Shown here in pieces: positions 1-10,004 of a DNA stretch of 64,000 nucleotides (the stretch's first letter is position 1; every line of letters starts with the position of its first letter). Under the pieces are notes generated by a model. It was not told the origin of the DNA. It was given only the letters and a program-made list of their open reading frames with translations, and made no database searches. The stretch comes from an uncultured bacterium (GTDB lineage Bacteria > Acidobacteriota > HRBIN11 > JAKEFK01). A program made the position numbers and the translations under genes. The stretch lies in assembly GCA_963777505.1 (NCBI GenBank), contig CAVZQN010000008.1, positions 224,001 through 288,000 of the forward strand, given 5' to 3'.

Positions 1-1
1 A

Positions 2-751
2 CCATTGCGGTTTATTCTTCATTTCGCAAGTCCTGCTTCTCCAATTGACTACTATGAATTCCCGATTCAGACGTTGAAAGTAGGATCACTTGGAACGCAC
101 AAAGCATTAGGGTTAGCGAAAGATCACAAAGCAACGTTCGTGCTCGCTTCGACATCAGAAGTGTATGGCGATCCGCTCGTTCATCCACAAAGCGAAGAAT
201 ACTGGGGAAATGTAAATCCGGTCGGTCCGCGCGGTGTCTATGATGAAGCAAAACGATTCGCGGAAGCAATGACAATGGCCTATCATTACTATCACCAGAT
301 CGACACAAAAATCGCGCGGATTTTTAACACATATGGACCGAGAATGCGTTTGCACGATGGCCGCGCGATTCCGAGTTTTATCAGTCAGGCACTTACAGGA
401 GAAGATCTGAGTGTCTTTGGGAATGGAAAACAAACCAGAAGTTTTTGTTATATCTCCGATCTTGTAGAAGGAATCTATCGATTAATGATCTCTAACTACA
501 ACGAACCTGTGAATCTTGGCAATCCCAATGAAATGACGATTTTAGAAATGGCAGAAAAAATTCTTACGATGACAGGTTCAAATTCCAAGATTGCATATAA
601 ACCCTTACCTGTTGACGATCCAAAAGTTCGACAACCCAACATTCATCGTGCCAACACTATTTTAGGTTGGAATCCATCCGTTAGTTTAGAAGATGGTTTA
701 AAATCCACAATTGAATATTTTAGAGAAAAAATCGCTCCCAGCCGCGGTTAA
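2..751 (+). CDS. UDP-glucuronate decarboxylase-like NAD-dependent epimerase/dehydratase (5' truncated by window edge)
   Basis: [23 protein letters not shown] (YxxxK) and [10 protein letters not shown] motifs; frame is open to the window start. Confidence 0.9.
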   Translation, partial: PLRFILHFASPASPIDYYEFPIQTLKVGSLGTHKALGLAKDHKATFVLASTSEVYGDPLVHPQSEEYWGNVNPVGPRGVYDEAKRFAEAMTMAYHYYHQIDTKIARIFNTYGPRMRLHDGRAIPSFISQALTGEDLSVFGNGKQTRSFCYISDLVEGIYRLMISNYNEPVNLGNPNEMTILEMAEKILTMTGSNSKIAYKPLPVDDPKVRQPNIHRANTILGWNPSVSLEDGLKSTIEYFREKIAPSRG

Positions 752-781
752 TCATAAATCCGATAAAAAAGGATAATCATT

Positions 782-2089
782 TTGTTTTTTCGATCCCGCA
801 TTGTAAATGCGATTTCAGTGTTAGTTTTGATCAGCGCGTTTGCACTCCTTGGTTATCACGGATTTGATTGGTGGAAATCCCGCGAACAGAGAAGGAAGCT
901 TTTCATTTATTTTCAGAAAGAAAGTGATATTACCAAACGGATTCCCGAGGATGCGATTGCTTACATTAATCTCTTCGATTTCAAACGAGTGCATTCAGGT
1001 CTGAGAGACACAAGACTCTACGACACAATTACTCACTGGGTTGACACGGAACTTTCAGGCAATAAAGATCCAAATCCACTAATGGGTGGCATGCTTGAAA
1101 AAACCATTTTGAATGTAATTGGAGAAGAATTCGGAGTCGCATTATTACCGTCACAAAATAAACCTGCAGATTTCTTTGCAGTTGCGAGACTTGCCCCCGG
1201 GTCAGATTTCATCCTTGGGATTGCGCTTGCATCCAATCGCAAGCTTAAAAAGATCGGCATTTCAAACGAAACTGTATACGTTATTCCTTCCGGGAATTCT
1301 GATCTTGGTGAAGTCTTTGTAGTCATGAAGTCAGGCTTTGCATACGCTGCAACGGACCAGGAGCGGATCAAGAAGGCATTGGAAGCTCCTTCAAGTGGAC
1401 CGAAGTTTTTGCTAGAGTCCACCATTACTCAAATTCCGGAAGACACATTCCTGTTTGCGCGAGCCAAGCAGCCCGATTTTTTTGCTATTGTGCATGGTGG
1501 CAATAATACTTTTACATTAAAAGCTCCATCAGGATCTTTCATATACAGCAGCCTTCCTTCTCTTCCGGGTAACGATGGAATTTTCAAGCTGCAAACGAAT
1601 GCAACAGAAATTCTTGGACAACCCTCTACGAGTTTTGCAATTCATTCAGTTGATGGCCATCCTTCGTCACGACTTGTCTTTGGATTTCCGTCTCAGGCAA
1701 GAGCAAAACAATTCGGGTCATCTTTCCTAAATGGAGCAAATGGTATCGGAGAGCAGGTGAAGTTTTCCAACGGTGAGTGCGTTCCTCTTCGACTCGAAAA
1801 TGCGGATTGGACTCTTTGTTCCAGAGACACAAGTTTACTTTTGGCTGAAGAACCGGTCGATTTTAATTTCGTCAAACAAAAGATGGCTGCAATTACACCC
1901 AAAAAACTCCCGGTAACTCTAAAAATTGAAAACAATTCTGCGGCTCTAAAGAGTTATCAGGAGAAAATAAACGCCGGTAATTGGGAAGATTTCGATACTG
2001 CGCGAGAATTTTATTTCTTAAGCTGTTTGAAAACAGTGCGAGGAAGCATCGATAACAACAACGATGAGATCATCGCAGAGATTCAATAG
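782..2089 (+). CDS. Hypothetical membrane-anchored protein
   Basis: 435-aa ORF with one N-terminal hydrophobic helix; family not recognised with confidence. Confidence 0.7.
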   Translation: MFFRSRIVNAISVLVLISAFALLGYHGFDWWKSREQRRKLFIYFQKESDITKRIPEDAIAYINLFDFKRVHSGLRDTRLYDTITHWVDTELSGNKDPNPLMGGMLEKTILNVIGEEFGVALLPSQNKPADFFAVARLAPGSDFILGIALASNRKLKKIGISNETVYVIPSGNSDLGEVFVVMKSGFAYAATDQERIKKALEAPSSGPKFLLESTITQIPEDTFLFARAKQPDFFAIVHGGNNTFTLKAPSGSFIYSSLPSLPGNDGIFKLQTNATEILGQPSTSFAIHSVDGHPSSRLVFGFPSQARAKQFGSSFLNGANGIGEQVKFSNGECVPLRLENADWTLCSRDTSLLLAEEPVDFNFVKQKMAAITPKKLPVTLKIENNSAALKSYQEKINAGNWEDFDTAREFYFLSCLKTVRGSIDNNNDEIIAEIQ

Positions 2090-2091
2090 AT

Positions 2092-3186
2092 TCAAAGCCT
2101 GCCTGCAATTTCATTAATAACGCGTTCAATCGTTCCCGATGGACCCAGCGATTCAACAACTCTTTGTAAATTCTCTTTCATTTTTTTTACTTCATTTTCG
2201 TTATCCAGCAAACTGAAAGATGCTTTCACAAGCTCATCGCTATTCATTCGATCTTGCATAAATTCGGGTACGATCTTTTCTCCTGCAATCCAATTCACTA
2301 AACCATAATACGGAACACGTACGAGTACTTTTCCTAATTGCCATGACAATGGGCTGACCCGATACACTATCAAAAGTGGAACGCCCAGAATTGCGCATTC
2401 CAGCGTACTTGTTCCTGAAGCAACAATCAGCAGATTACAAGCCTTCATTGCTGCATAGCGATTCTCTCGCACAATATGAATTCCTGGATCAGGTTCCAGA
2501 TGCGGACCCTCTACTGAAGCTGGCCAAATAATGACAGTTTCTCCGCCTCGTTCTTCTTGAATCCTTTTCGCTGTCTCCAACATCACAGGCAAATGACGCT
2601 GGATTTCTACATCACGGCTTCCTGGCATTAAACCGATCAACGGTCTTTTAGTAACAGTGTATGAAGGCTGTTGTGAAACTTCTTCACGAACGATTTCAAC
2701 CAATGGATGACCACAATAAACAGAACGAACTCCAGCCTCTTCGTAAATTGATTTTTCAAAAGGCAAAACACAAATCATCAACTCAATATGATCTCGCAAA
2801 AAATGTACACGATTTTTTCGCCATGCCCACACTTGAGGACTGATGAAATAAAACACTTTTACGCCCTGCTCTTTTAGAAGGCGTGCCATCCGAAAATTAA
2901 AATCTGGGAAGTCGATTAAGATTGCGAAATCAGGACGCTCTTTTACGGTCCAGCTTCGTAACTGCGCAAAGGCTTGTTTTAATTGTTTCAGTTTTGAAAA
3001 GACTTCAAAGACACCAATGACAGCGACACTGGAATAATCAAATAGAAGATTGACGCCGGACTCTTGCATGTGCTTTCCACCCATTCCGGCAATCTCAATC
3101 GATGGATAACGTTCACGTAATGCAGAAGCAATTTTTCCCCCGTAAATATCACCTGAAGCTTCGCCCGTTACAATCAGCACTTTCAT
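2092..3186 (-). CDS. lpxB: Lipid-A-disaccharide synthase
   Basis: GEASGD, IDFPDFN, SPQVWAWR, PGSR and SGTSTLE motifs. Confidence 0.95.
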   Translation of the reverse strand: MKVLIVTGEASGDIYGGKIASALRERYPSIEIAGMGGKHMQESGVNLLFDYSSVAVIGVFEVFSKLKQLKQAFAQLRSWTVKERPDFAILIDFPDFNFRMARLLKEQGVKVFYFISPQVWAWRKNRVHFLRDHIELMICVLPFEKSIYEEAGVRSVYCGHPLVEIVREEVSQQPSYTVTKRPLIGLMPGSRDVEIQRHLPVMLETAKRIQEERGGETVIIWPASVEGPHLEPDPGIHIVRENRYAAMKACNLLIVASGTSTLECAILGVPLLIVYRVSPLSWQLGKVLVRVPYYGLVNWIAGEKIVPEFMQDRMNSDELVKASFSLLDNENEVKKMKENLQRVVESLGPSGTIERVINEIAGRL

Positions 3187-3234
3187 GCAGGGTTATTGTA
3201 CACTGCCGATATTCCTGAATCTCATCCCTAAAAG

Positions 3235-3265
3235 AAAAAACCGGCAGCTGATCAGGCCGCCGGCT
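3235..3265 (-). terminator. Intrinsic terminator after the PEGA gene
   Basis: Minus strand CCGGCGGC-loop-GCTGCCGG followed by a T run. Confidence 0.7.
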
Positions 3266-3285
3266 TCGTATGATTTGTTTTTATC

Positions 3286-4296
3286 TTATTTTTTTTCGAG
3301 CTGGACAGTAATGTTGCGAGCTGCGCTTTCGTTTACAACAAAGTCTTTGTTTAACGACTCAAACCCAGGCCGAACAACTTCAAGCTTGTGAGTGCCATTT
3401 GCCAACAAGACTTGAATTTGATTCGAGCTTTGAGCGTCACCAGTTCCGTAGTAGGTGCCATCAATGTAAATTGTGGCATCTTTTGGCTCAACCTGAATCG
3501 TGAACATGGTTTTGTCACTGAGAGTTTGTTCACCAAGTTCATATTCCAGTGGTGCAGGTTCACTGCTGTACTGATCGCGTTGTGCAGTTTGACTGTTGTA
3601 TTGATCACGTTGTGCAGTTTGACCTCGCCGATCGAATTGTTCATCCCGGCCATTACTACCGCCGTTTGAACCGAACTGGCCGTTGTCGTCATTGTAGTCA
3701 TCATCATGGTTACGCTGACGATCATAGTTATTGTTTCGATCGTAATCACGTGAACGCGGAGCTTCTTGAGGTGATAACCTCATTTCGCTTTCTGGAATCA
3801 CATCCTCACCCGGTATCAGCTGGTGCTTAATGTGATAATCCTGGCCTGGAAGAACTCGAAGCGTCATCGCGTAGGGCTGAAATCCGTTTAACCGGAAGAC
3901 AAGACGATACTTTCCAGGATCCAAATTCATCCTCTGGTACCAACTATTGAAATCATCAGCTACACCAACATAATCCCCATCAAGGTACACCTTCGCTTCA
4001 TCCGGTTTCACTTCTGTCCGGACTTCCCCTAACCCATTGTAATAACTGTTGTAGTAGCCGTACGGATAACCGTATCCGTATCCACCGTAACCGTATCCAT
4101 ATCCACCATAACCATATCCAAACCCATATGGCCGATAGTAGTACGGACGATAATAAGGTCTATAGTAGCCGCGATTGTATGGGTGATGCGATGCAAAGCT
4201 CAGATAAAAGCTTGAGCCTGCCTCTGCTTTTTGCTCGAACAAACTCATACTCGCTATTGAGACCAAAACAAGAGTCAAAATCTTCAATGCTCTCAT
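3286..4296 (-). CDS. Secreted protein with two PEGA-like domains and a Tyr/Gly-rich N-terminal tract
   Basis: Signal peptide; VKPDEAKVYLDGDYVG and VEPKDATIYIDGTYYG PEGA-type motifs; internal duplication QTAQRDQYNS/QTAQRDQYSS (about 3562-3621). Confidence 0.8.
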   Translation of the reverse strand: MRALKILTLVLVSIASMSLFEQKAEAGSSFYLSFASHHPYNRGYYRPYYRPYYYRPYGFGYGYGGYGYGYGGYGYGYPYGYYNSYYNGLGEVRTEVKPDEAKVYLDGDYVGVADDFNSWYQRMNLDPGKYRLVFRLNGFQPYAMTLRVLPGQDYHIKHQLIPGEDVIPESEMRLSPQEAPRSRDYDRNNNYDRQRNHDDDYNDDNGQFGSNGGSNGRDEQFDRRGQTAQRDQYNSQTAQRDQYSSEPAPLEYELGEQTLSDKTMFTIQVEPKDATIYIDGTYYGTGDAQSSNQIQVLLANGTHKLEVVRPGFESLNKDFVVNESAARNITVQLEKK

Positions 4297-4323
4297 AACG
4301 CAACTCTCCTTTGCACAACTTTT

Positions 4324-4339
4324 AGCAAAGCGTGTGCCA
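4324..4339 (-). promoter_or_regulatory. Sigma-54 (-24/-12) promoter for the PEGA gene
   Basis: Minus strand TGGCAC-ACGCT-TTGCT matches TGGCAC-N5-TTGCW, about 28 nt upstream of the ATG. Confidence 0.8.
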
Positions 4340-4419
4340 GAAGGTTTCTCGTCGCTAGGATCTTTTGAAAGTAGAACGATTTTGCATACAAGCGTAATTT
4401 AAATGAGACATACAGGTGA

Positions 4420-5652
4420 TTAGAGGACAGGTTCACCACCGATGATCGTCTGAATAACGTCGGCTGTGGTTGTGTTGTAGATGAGATGGTTTAGAACCTG
4501 CTTTTCAGAATCGTAATAAGCAGGTGTTCTCAGCAAAACCAAGTCTGCTTCCTTTCCAATTTCAAGAGAACCGATCTTCTCTTGAAGGTTCATTGCGCGT
4601 GCTCCATCAATCGTCATCATTTCTAGCATTTTCTGTTCTTTGATCTTCTGAGGCTCGTAACGAGTGCGCTGCTGAAAAAGCGCAAAACGTGATTCTTCAA
4701 AAAGATCCAATCGATTATTACTGGCAGCACTATCAGTGCCCAGCCCAACACGAAGACCACGTTCGATCATTGAAATGACCGGCGCGATCCCATGGCCAAA
4801 TTTTGAATTCGATTTCGGACAGTGCGCAATCGATACATCATAGGAAGCAAGAAGATCCAAATCTGAATCACTTGCTTGAACAATGTGGGCAAGCAATGGC
4901 TTTGTTTCGTAAATACCTGTCTCCTTCAAATGCTCCACACTCGTTTTTCCCAAAATTTTCCAATCAGATGCTCTTGTTTTAAGAAATTCTTGAATCGGAC
5001 CTGACCGGCGGCTTATGAATTCTTCTTCTTCACGGCTTTCGGAAAGATGAAAACTTACAGGAATTTCATCACGCAAAGCCCATGCTCCGATGCGCCGATA
5101 TAATTCCGGCCTCACTGTGTAACAAGCGTGCGGTGAGATTCCAATTTTTAGCCTGCCTGACGAATATGTAGAAATAAGCCTTGGAAAAACTTCCTGTACT
5201 GATTTCCATGTTTGATCCGCTTGCTCATTCTCAATGCCAAATACTTCCCAGTAAAAAATTCCACGCAATGGACTTCGAGAAAGCTCTCGCAATGAAATTT
5301 CTAGATCCGAAAGATCGGCAACTGTTGTAATACCTGAACGAAGACACTCGGAAATTCCAAAACGCGTAGAAGATGCAACATCTTCGTCTGTCATTTTCTG
5401 ATACTTGAATTCAGTAAGTTTTCGGATCCATTCAAAAAATGAAAGATCATCAAAAAGATTGCGTAGCGCAGTATATGCGAGATGAGTATGGGTATTGATC
5501 AATCCTGGAATCAAACATGTTCCGGCAATGCAATTTTCGCTCGCAGTTGCCGGGCGAATCTGTTTGATTTTTTCATCCTCAATTTCGATGACATGATTCC
5601 GGAGTGGTGGGGATGTAACTGGAAAAATCCATTCAGCGCTGACAATGGGCAT
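4420..5652 (-). CDS. Metal-dependent amidohydrolase (MTA/SAH- or aminodeoxyfutalosine-deaminase-like)
   Basis: PGLINTHTH, SPHACY, HLSES, HCPKSN, LGTDS and GSLEIGKEAD motifs. Confidence 0.85.
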   Translation of the reverse strand: MPIVSAEWIFPVTSPPLRNHVIEIEDEKIKQIRPATASENCIAGTCLIPGLINTHTHLAYTALRNLFDDLSFFEWIRKLTEFKYQKMTDEDVASSTRFGISECLRSGITTVADLSDLEISLRELSRSPLRGIFYWEVFGIENEQADQTWKSVQEVFPRLISTYSSGRLKIGISPHACYTVRPELYRRIGAWALRDEIPVSFHLSESREEEEFISRRSGPIQEFLKTRASDWKILGKTSVEHLKETGIYETKPLLAHIVQASDSDLDLLASYDVSIAHCPKSNSKFGHGIAPVISMIERGLRVGLGTDSAASNNRLDLFEESRFALFQQRTRYEPQKIKEQKMLEMMTIDGARAMNLQEKIGSLEIGKEADLVLLRTPAYYDSEKQVLNHLIYNTTTADVIQTIIGGEPVL

Positions 5653-5679
5653 AATTTCTAACGCCGAGATCGTGTGGGG

Positions 5680-5952
5680 TTAAAAATGAAGATCAACAAT
5701 GTCTACGATGCCGACGATTGCACTATCTAAGGGACCTTGCTTCTTGCCTAATGCTTCATTAGCCGCACGGCCTTCTTGTACGATCAGGACTTTTTCTCCG
5801 ACACCTGCGCCTACTGCATCAATCGCCAGAACAGGTTCTCCCATCGGCTCATCTTTCAAGCTAAGAGGTTGAACGAGCAAAAGTTTTGCTCCTTCATATT
5901 TTGGATTTTTCTGGGTCGCCACAACAGTACCAAGCACTTTTCCAAGTGTCAT
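5680..5952 (-). CDS. BMC-P vertex protein (EutN/CcmL family)
   Basis: GKVLGTVVATQK...AIDAVGAGVGE...DSAIVGIVD. Confidence 0.95.
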   Translation of the reverse strand: MTLGKVLGTVVATQKNPKYEGAKLLLVQPLSLKDEPMGEPVLAIDAVGAGVGEKVLIVQEGRAANEALGKKQGPLDSAIVGIVDIVDLHF

Positions 5953-6221
5953 AATTCTTCCACATGAAAATAATCAACAATTCCAGTGATTCCTGTGTCA
6001 GTGGGCACTATTTCTGGCAGCAGAGGAAATGACCCTTCTTTACCGCGAACGTAAATAATAGTTTCACCAATGCCCGCGCCGATCGTATCAACAGCAATCA
6101 AGGCCTGCCCGATCGGTTTGCGATCCGCTGAAATCGGTTGAACAACAAGCAATGTTTTGCCTTCAAGACCCGGCTCTTTCCGAGTGCAGACAACTGTACC
6201 GATTACTTTTCCTAGCTTCAT
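5949..6221 (-). CDS. BMC-P vertex protein (EutN/CcmL family)
   Basis: GKVIGTVVCTRK...AVDTIGAGIGE...DTGITGIVD. Confidence 0.95.
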   Translation of the reverse strand: MKLGKVIGTVVCTRKEPGLEGKTLLVVQPISADRKPIGQALIAVDTIGAGIGETIIYVRGKEGSFPLLPEIVPTDTGITGIVDYFHVEEL

Positions 6222-6223
6222 GA

Positions 6224-6490
6224 TTATTCGAAATCAATCGTATCAACAACGCCAACGATTGCCGCATCAACCGGACAATCCTTTGTTACCGTTGTCATTC
6301 TTGCGGAACTGCCGCTAACCACAAGCACACGGTCCTGTGCTCCGGCATCTACAGTATCAACAGCAACAAGATAATTGCCATATGGTTTGCCTGCGGTATC
6401 GAGTGGTTGTACTAAGAGAAGTTTGAATGGAACGAGGCGATCATCTTTCCGGGTGCAGACAACTGTACCAACAATCCTTCCAATGATCAT
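6224..6490 (-). CDS. BMC-P vertex protein (EutN/CcmL family)
   Basis: GRIVGTVVCTRK...AVDTVDAG...GSSAR...DAAIVGVVD. Confidence 0.95.
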   Translation of the reverse strand: MIIGRIVGTVVCTRKDDRLVPFKLLLVQPLDTAGKPYGNYLVAVDTVDAGAQDRVLVVSGSSARMTTVTKDCPVDAAIVGVVDTIDFE

Positions 6491-6542
6491 TCAATTCATC
6501 CGGAAATTCGCGGCGATTCTTTGCCGCGATAACAAATTCAAA

Positions 6543-6827
6543 TTATTTGCTCGCTTTTCCGATTGGTAGTGAGTCTTCCAGACTTGGATGAGGACGAGGA
6601 ATAACGTGTACTGAAATCAATTCGCCGACGCGACGTGCTGCTGCGGCGCCAGCATCTGTTGCTGCTTTTACAGCTGCAACATCTCCTCGGACAATCGCTG
6701 TGACATAACCAGCCCCGATCTTTTCCCAGCCGATGAGCGTCACCTTGGCCGCTTTCACCATCGCATCAGCGGCTTCAATCATCGCGACAAGACCCTTCGT
6801 TTCGATCATGCCCAGTGCTTCACCCAT
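6543..6827 (-). CDS. BMC-H hexameric shell protein (EutM/PduA-like)
   Basis: [27 protein letters not shown] and HVIPRPH motifs. Confidence 0.95.
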   Translation of the reverse strand: MGEALGMIETKGLVAMIEAADAMVKAAKVTLIGWEKIGAGYVTAIVRGDVAAVKAATDAGAAAARRVGELISVHVIPRPHPSLEDSLPIGKASK

Positions 6828-6901
6828 CGACGAATCCTCCTTGATTCTATTGCCCGTGGATCAGATATACTGCAGAAAATTCGGGTCTAAATTAAACCAG
6901 A

Positions 6902-6929
6902 ATTCTATCAGAAGAGCATCAATTGTCAA
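6902..6929 (-). promoter_or_regulatory. Sigma-70-type promoter of the BMC operon
   Basis: Minus strand TTGACA-N16-TAGAAT with TG extension. Confidence 0.65.
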
Positions 6930-6999
6930 CGAAACCGGTATAACCACGAAGCTCAGGAACTCACGAAGAAGGATCAAGGTCACGTGATAAAATTGGCAC

Positions 7000-7479
7000 A
7001 TGCCTATCAGCATTCCACGACTCTACATTTCTTTACGGAGCAATATAAGCGATTCGAAATTGAAGGACAAAACATTGAAACTTCTCGAATTGTTTCACAA
7101 CCGGGTCGAATCAACTTCAGAAGAGGCAATGTTGAAAAAGCCAGTTTCTGAAAAATGGAGTGCTATGGAAGTAGCTTTTCACGCAGTCAATACAGCCAAA
7201 GGAATTCTGCGGCTTTGTGAAAGCCTGCGTGCGAAACAAAATGTTCCGGATTCCGGTCGATCTTCAGCCGGACGCACGCGAGAAGTGAGTCGTGCTGATT
7301 TGCTTACACTCATTAAACGAGTATCGGAGATGACAACCAGTTTCGATTTCAAATCAGTAAAAACGGCAACAAGTGCTCATCCATTTCTGGGACAATGCGA
7401 TTTCCACAAATGGCTTGTAATCAATATGGTCCATCTTGAAAGGCATTATCGGCAGCTTAATCGCGCACTTGAAAATTAA
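7000..7479 (+). CDS. DinB-family protein
   Basis: WSAMEVAFH, HPFLG and HLERHYRQL His motifs. Confidence 0.75.
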   Translation: MPISIPRLYISLRSNISDSKLKDKTLKLLELFHNRVESTSEEAMLKKPVSEKWSAMEVAFHAVNTAKGILRLCESLRAKQNVPDSGRSSAGRTREVSRADLLTLIKRVSEMTTSFDFKSVKTATSAHPFLGQCDFHKWLVINMVHLERHYRQLNRALEN

Positions 7480-7481
7480 AT

Positions 7482-8168
7482 ATGCCGCCGCGTAGATTGA
7501 CACTCAAACAGCTTCCTGAAACCGAACGGCCTAGAGAACGCCTGATTCAAGAAGGCGCAAACAGTTTGACTGATGCAGAACTTCTCGCAATTGTGTTGGG
7601 TTCAGGGAGTCCATCTGAAAGTGCATTACAACTCGCACAGCGACTTATTAAAGAATGCGGAGAGTTGGATAAGTTAGCACGGATGAGTGTCATTGAACTC
7701 TGCAACTTTCATGGAATCGGCCAGGCTAAAGCAGCACAACTAAAAGCAAGTTTGGAACTTGCTAGAAGACTTCAAGCAACAAATAATCCCGGAGAACAAT
7801 TCAGTAACAGCGAGGCTGTTTACCGAAAGTTCCGTTTAGAATTAGGATCGCAAACCCAGGAAGAATTTTGGTCCGTATCTCTGAATGCAAAAAATAAATT
7901 TCTTGCGCGCCACTTTATCAGCCGCGGGACTCTGACTTCAAGTCTTGTACATCCGCGAGAAGTCTTTGAAAAAGCGATTCGAGATTCTGCAGCTGCCATC
8001 ATTGTTGTCCATAATCATCCTTCCGGAGATTCTGATCCAAGTCCTGAAGATCGGAAAATTACATCAATTCTCGCTGAAGGCGGACGTCTGCTTGGAATTC
8101 CTTTACTGGATCATGTAATCGTAGCCAGTAAAAAGTATTTCAGTTTTAAGGATTCAGGATTGTTGTAA
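7482..8168 (+). CDS. radC: RadC/UPF0758 JAB-domain protein
   Basis: ERPRERL, helix-hairpin-helix GIGQAKA, VHPREVF, HNHPSGD, LLDHVI. Confidence 0.93.
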   Translation: MPPRRLTLKQLPETERPRERLIQEGANSLTDAELLAIVLGSGSPSESALQLAQRLIKECGELDKLARMSVIELCNFHGIGQAKAAQLKASLELARRLQATNNPGEQFSNSEAVYRKFRLELGSQTQEEFWSVSLNAKNKFLARHFISRGTLTSSLVHPREVFEKAIRDSAAAIIVVHNHPSGDSDPSPEDRKITSILAEGGRLLGIPLLDHVIVASKKYFSFKDSGLL

Positions 8169-8170
8169 GG

Positions 8171-8575
8171 CTATTCTGATTTTTCAGGTCTGTAGCCAAG
8201 AATTTGCGCAATTTGAAGAAGGTCCTTCCTTAACGTTTCCCATTTTTCGTAAAGTTCTGGAGCTGACTCTTTTGTTAATGTGGAAGATACCTGCGACGCC
8301 TGATAGTGCAAACGATCAAATGCGCTGCGTGCTTCAAGAGAGTTTGCGCCAAATCTGCGGCATGCATTATGGAATCGGGAAGCACGTTCCGCAAATTCCG
8401 CTAATGGATCATCAAATGGAGGCGGAGCGTCATCTTGAAACTGATCTGCATCGTTTTCGAGCTTTTGAGCAAAGTCCGCTACACGTACCTCTTCAGGCGA
8501 CATCGGATTTCCGGTGGATTTGTAACCACTACATGCCGCCATAGAGATAAGAAAAAGTAACAGCAGTTTTTTCAT
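8171..8575 (-). CDS. Hypothetical lipoprotein
   Basis: MKKLLLLFLISMAAC lipobox; helical body. Confidence 0.7.
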   Translation of the reverse strand: MKKLLLLFLISMAACSGYKSTGNPMSPEEVRVADFAQKLENDADQFQDDAPPPFDDPLAEFAERASRFHNACRRFGANSLEARSAFDRLHYQASQVSSTLTKESAPELYEKWETLRKDLLQIAQILGYRPEKSE

Positions 8576-8625
8576 GGAAAGATCCTTGGGTTATTAAAAT
8601 AGCAAAGACAATCCACGAACCAGGA

Positions 8626-9375
8626 TTACCGGTTCTTTAGATGCCATTGGTTGGCCGCGCTGATGAACTCCTGAAATAACGCAGCCTGAGGCGGAGATTC
8701 ACGCCACATCCTCTCCGGGTGCCATTGAACTCCCATCAGGAATTGACCACCATTCCTATTTTCATACGATTCGATTACACCATCCGGTGAATACGAAGTC
8801 GGACGTAAATTTGGCGCAATCGTTTTTACACCCTGATGATGAATACTGTTCACTTCAATTTCAGGTTTTCCAAAAATTCGATAAACGATTGAACCCTCTT
8901 CGACTTTTACAGTATGTGCAGGCGTAGAATATGGCTCCCCCTGCCAATGAGTCACTGTACTGTTCAGCTCATGAGGAATGTCTTGATACAGTGAACCGCC
9001 ATTAAAAACGTTTAAAGACTGATGCCCAAAGCAGATTCCAAACACAGGCATTTTCTTTTCTGCTGCTTTTTCCAAAAGATAAAAATCGGATTCATCTCGT
9101 TCGGGACCACTCTCTCCGTAATAAGGCGACACATCGGATCCATAATATTTTGGATCTACATCCGTAAGACTTCCTGGCAGCAGAATTCCATCTGCTAAAT
9201 CGATCACGCGTGATGCATAATCACGATCCGCCATCAAAGGAAGACCTACTGGAACGCCTCCTGCATTTTTGATTGCTTCGAGATAGCCTCTCCGAATATA
9301 AAACATGTCATCTGTACTACGCGTACAAAGATTGATCACAATAATTGGTTTGTATTGATTCATATCCCCCTTCAT
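8626..9375 (-). CDS. Peptidase C26 / gamma-glutamyl-GABA hydrolase-family class I glutamine amidotransferase
   Basis: GICFGHQ nucleophile, NSIHHQ, GVQWHPE. Confidence 0.9.
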   Translation of the reverse strand: MKGDMNQYKPIIVINLCTRSTDDMFYIRRGYLEAIKNAGGVPVGLPLMADRDYASRVIDLADGILLPGSLTDVDPKYYGSDVSPYYGESGPERDESDFYLLEKAAEKKMPVFGICFGHQSLNVFNGGSLYQDIPHELNSTVTHWQGEPYSTPAHTVKVEEGSIVYRIFGKPEIEVNSIHHQGVKTIAPNLRPTSYSPDGVIESYENRNGGQFLMGVQWHPERMWRESPPQAALFQEFISAANQWHLKNR

Positions 9376-10004
9376 CTCCCCGGCGTTTCACCCCATAGTG
9401 CCTTGTGTAATTGAATTTGAAAACGGACAGGAAGTTTGTCCACTAAAATCCATTCCGCAAGTTGGTCCGCCGGCATCTTTTGATAAACCGGTGAAAATAA
9501 TATCAGATTTTTCTGATCCAGTTGATACTTGTTCATAATTTCTTTCGACCATTCATAGTCCCTGCGACTATTGATCACAAACTTAATTTCGTCTTTTGGA
9601 CCCAGGTATTTCAAGTTTTCCCAGTTCATATGCTCGGTCATGCCACTATCAGGACACTTTATGTCGAGGATCTTTATGACCTCTGACGGGAGCGAACTCA
9701 CGTCGATGGCTCCACCTGTCTCAATCAAAACCGTATGCCCTTTTTCGAGCAGCTTTGAAGAAAGCTGCAGAATCTCCTCTTGCATCATAGGCTCGCCGCC
9801 AGTAATTTCAACGAGGTTGCAGCCATGTGGTTCAATTTCAGCCAGAATCTCGTCAATTGTCATGCTTCTACCGCCGTAAAATGCATATTGGGTGTCGCAC
9901 CAGACACATCTTAAATTGCAGCCAGTCGTTCGGATAAAACTACAAGGTAGACCTGCAAACGAAGATTCCCCTTGAATAGATTTAAATATTTCAGTAATGA
10001 CCAT
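9372..10004 (-). CDS. queE: 7-carboxy-7-deazaguanine synthase-like radical SAM protein
   Basis: EIFKSIQGES, CNLRCVWCDT, ITGGEP, QIQLHK. Confidence 0.85.
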   Translation of the reverse strand: MVITEIFKSIQGESSFAGLPCSFIRTTGCNLRCVWCDTQYAFYGGRSMTIDEILAEIEPHGCNLVEITGGEPMMQEEILQLSSKLLEKGHTVLIETGGAIDVSSLPSEVIKILDIKCPDSGMTEHMNWENLKYLGPKDEIKFVINSRRDYEWSKEIMNKYQLDQKNLILFSPVYQKMPADQLAEWILVDKLPVRFQIQLHKALWGETPGR

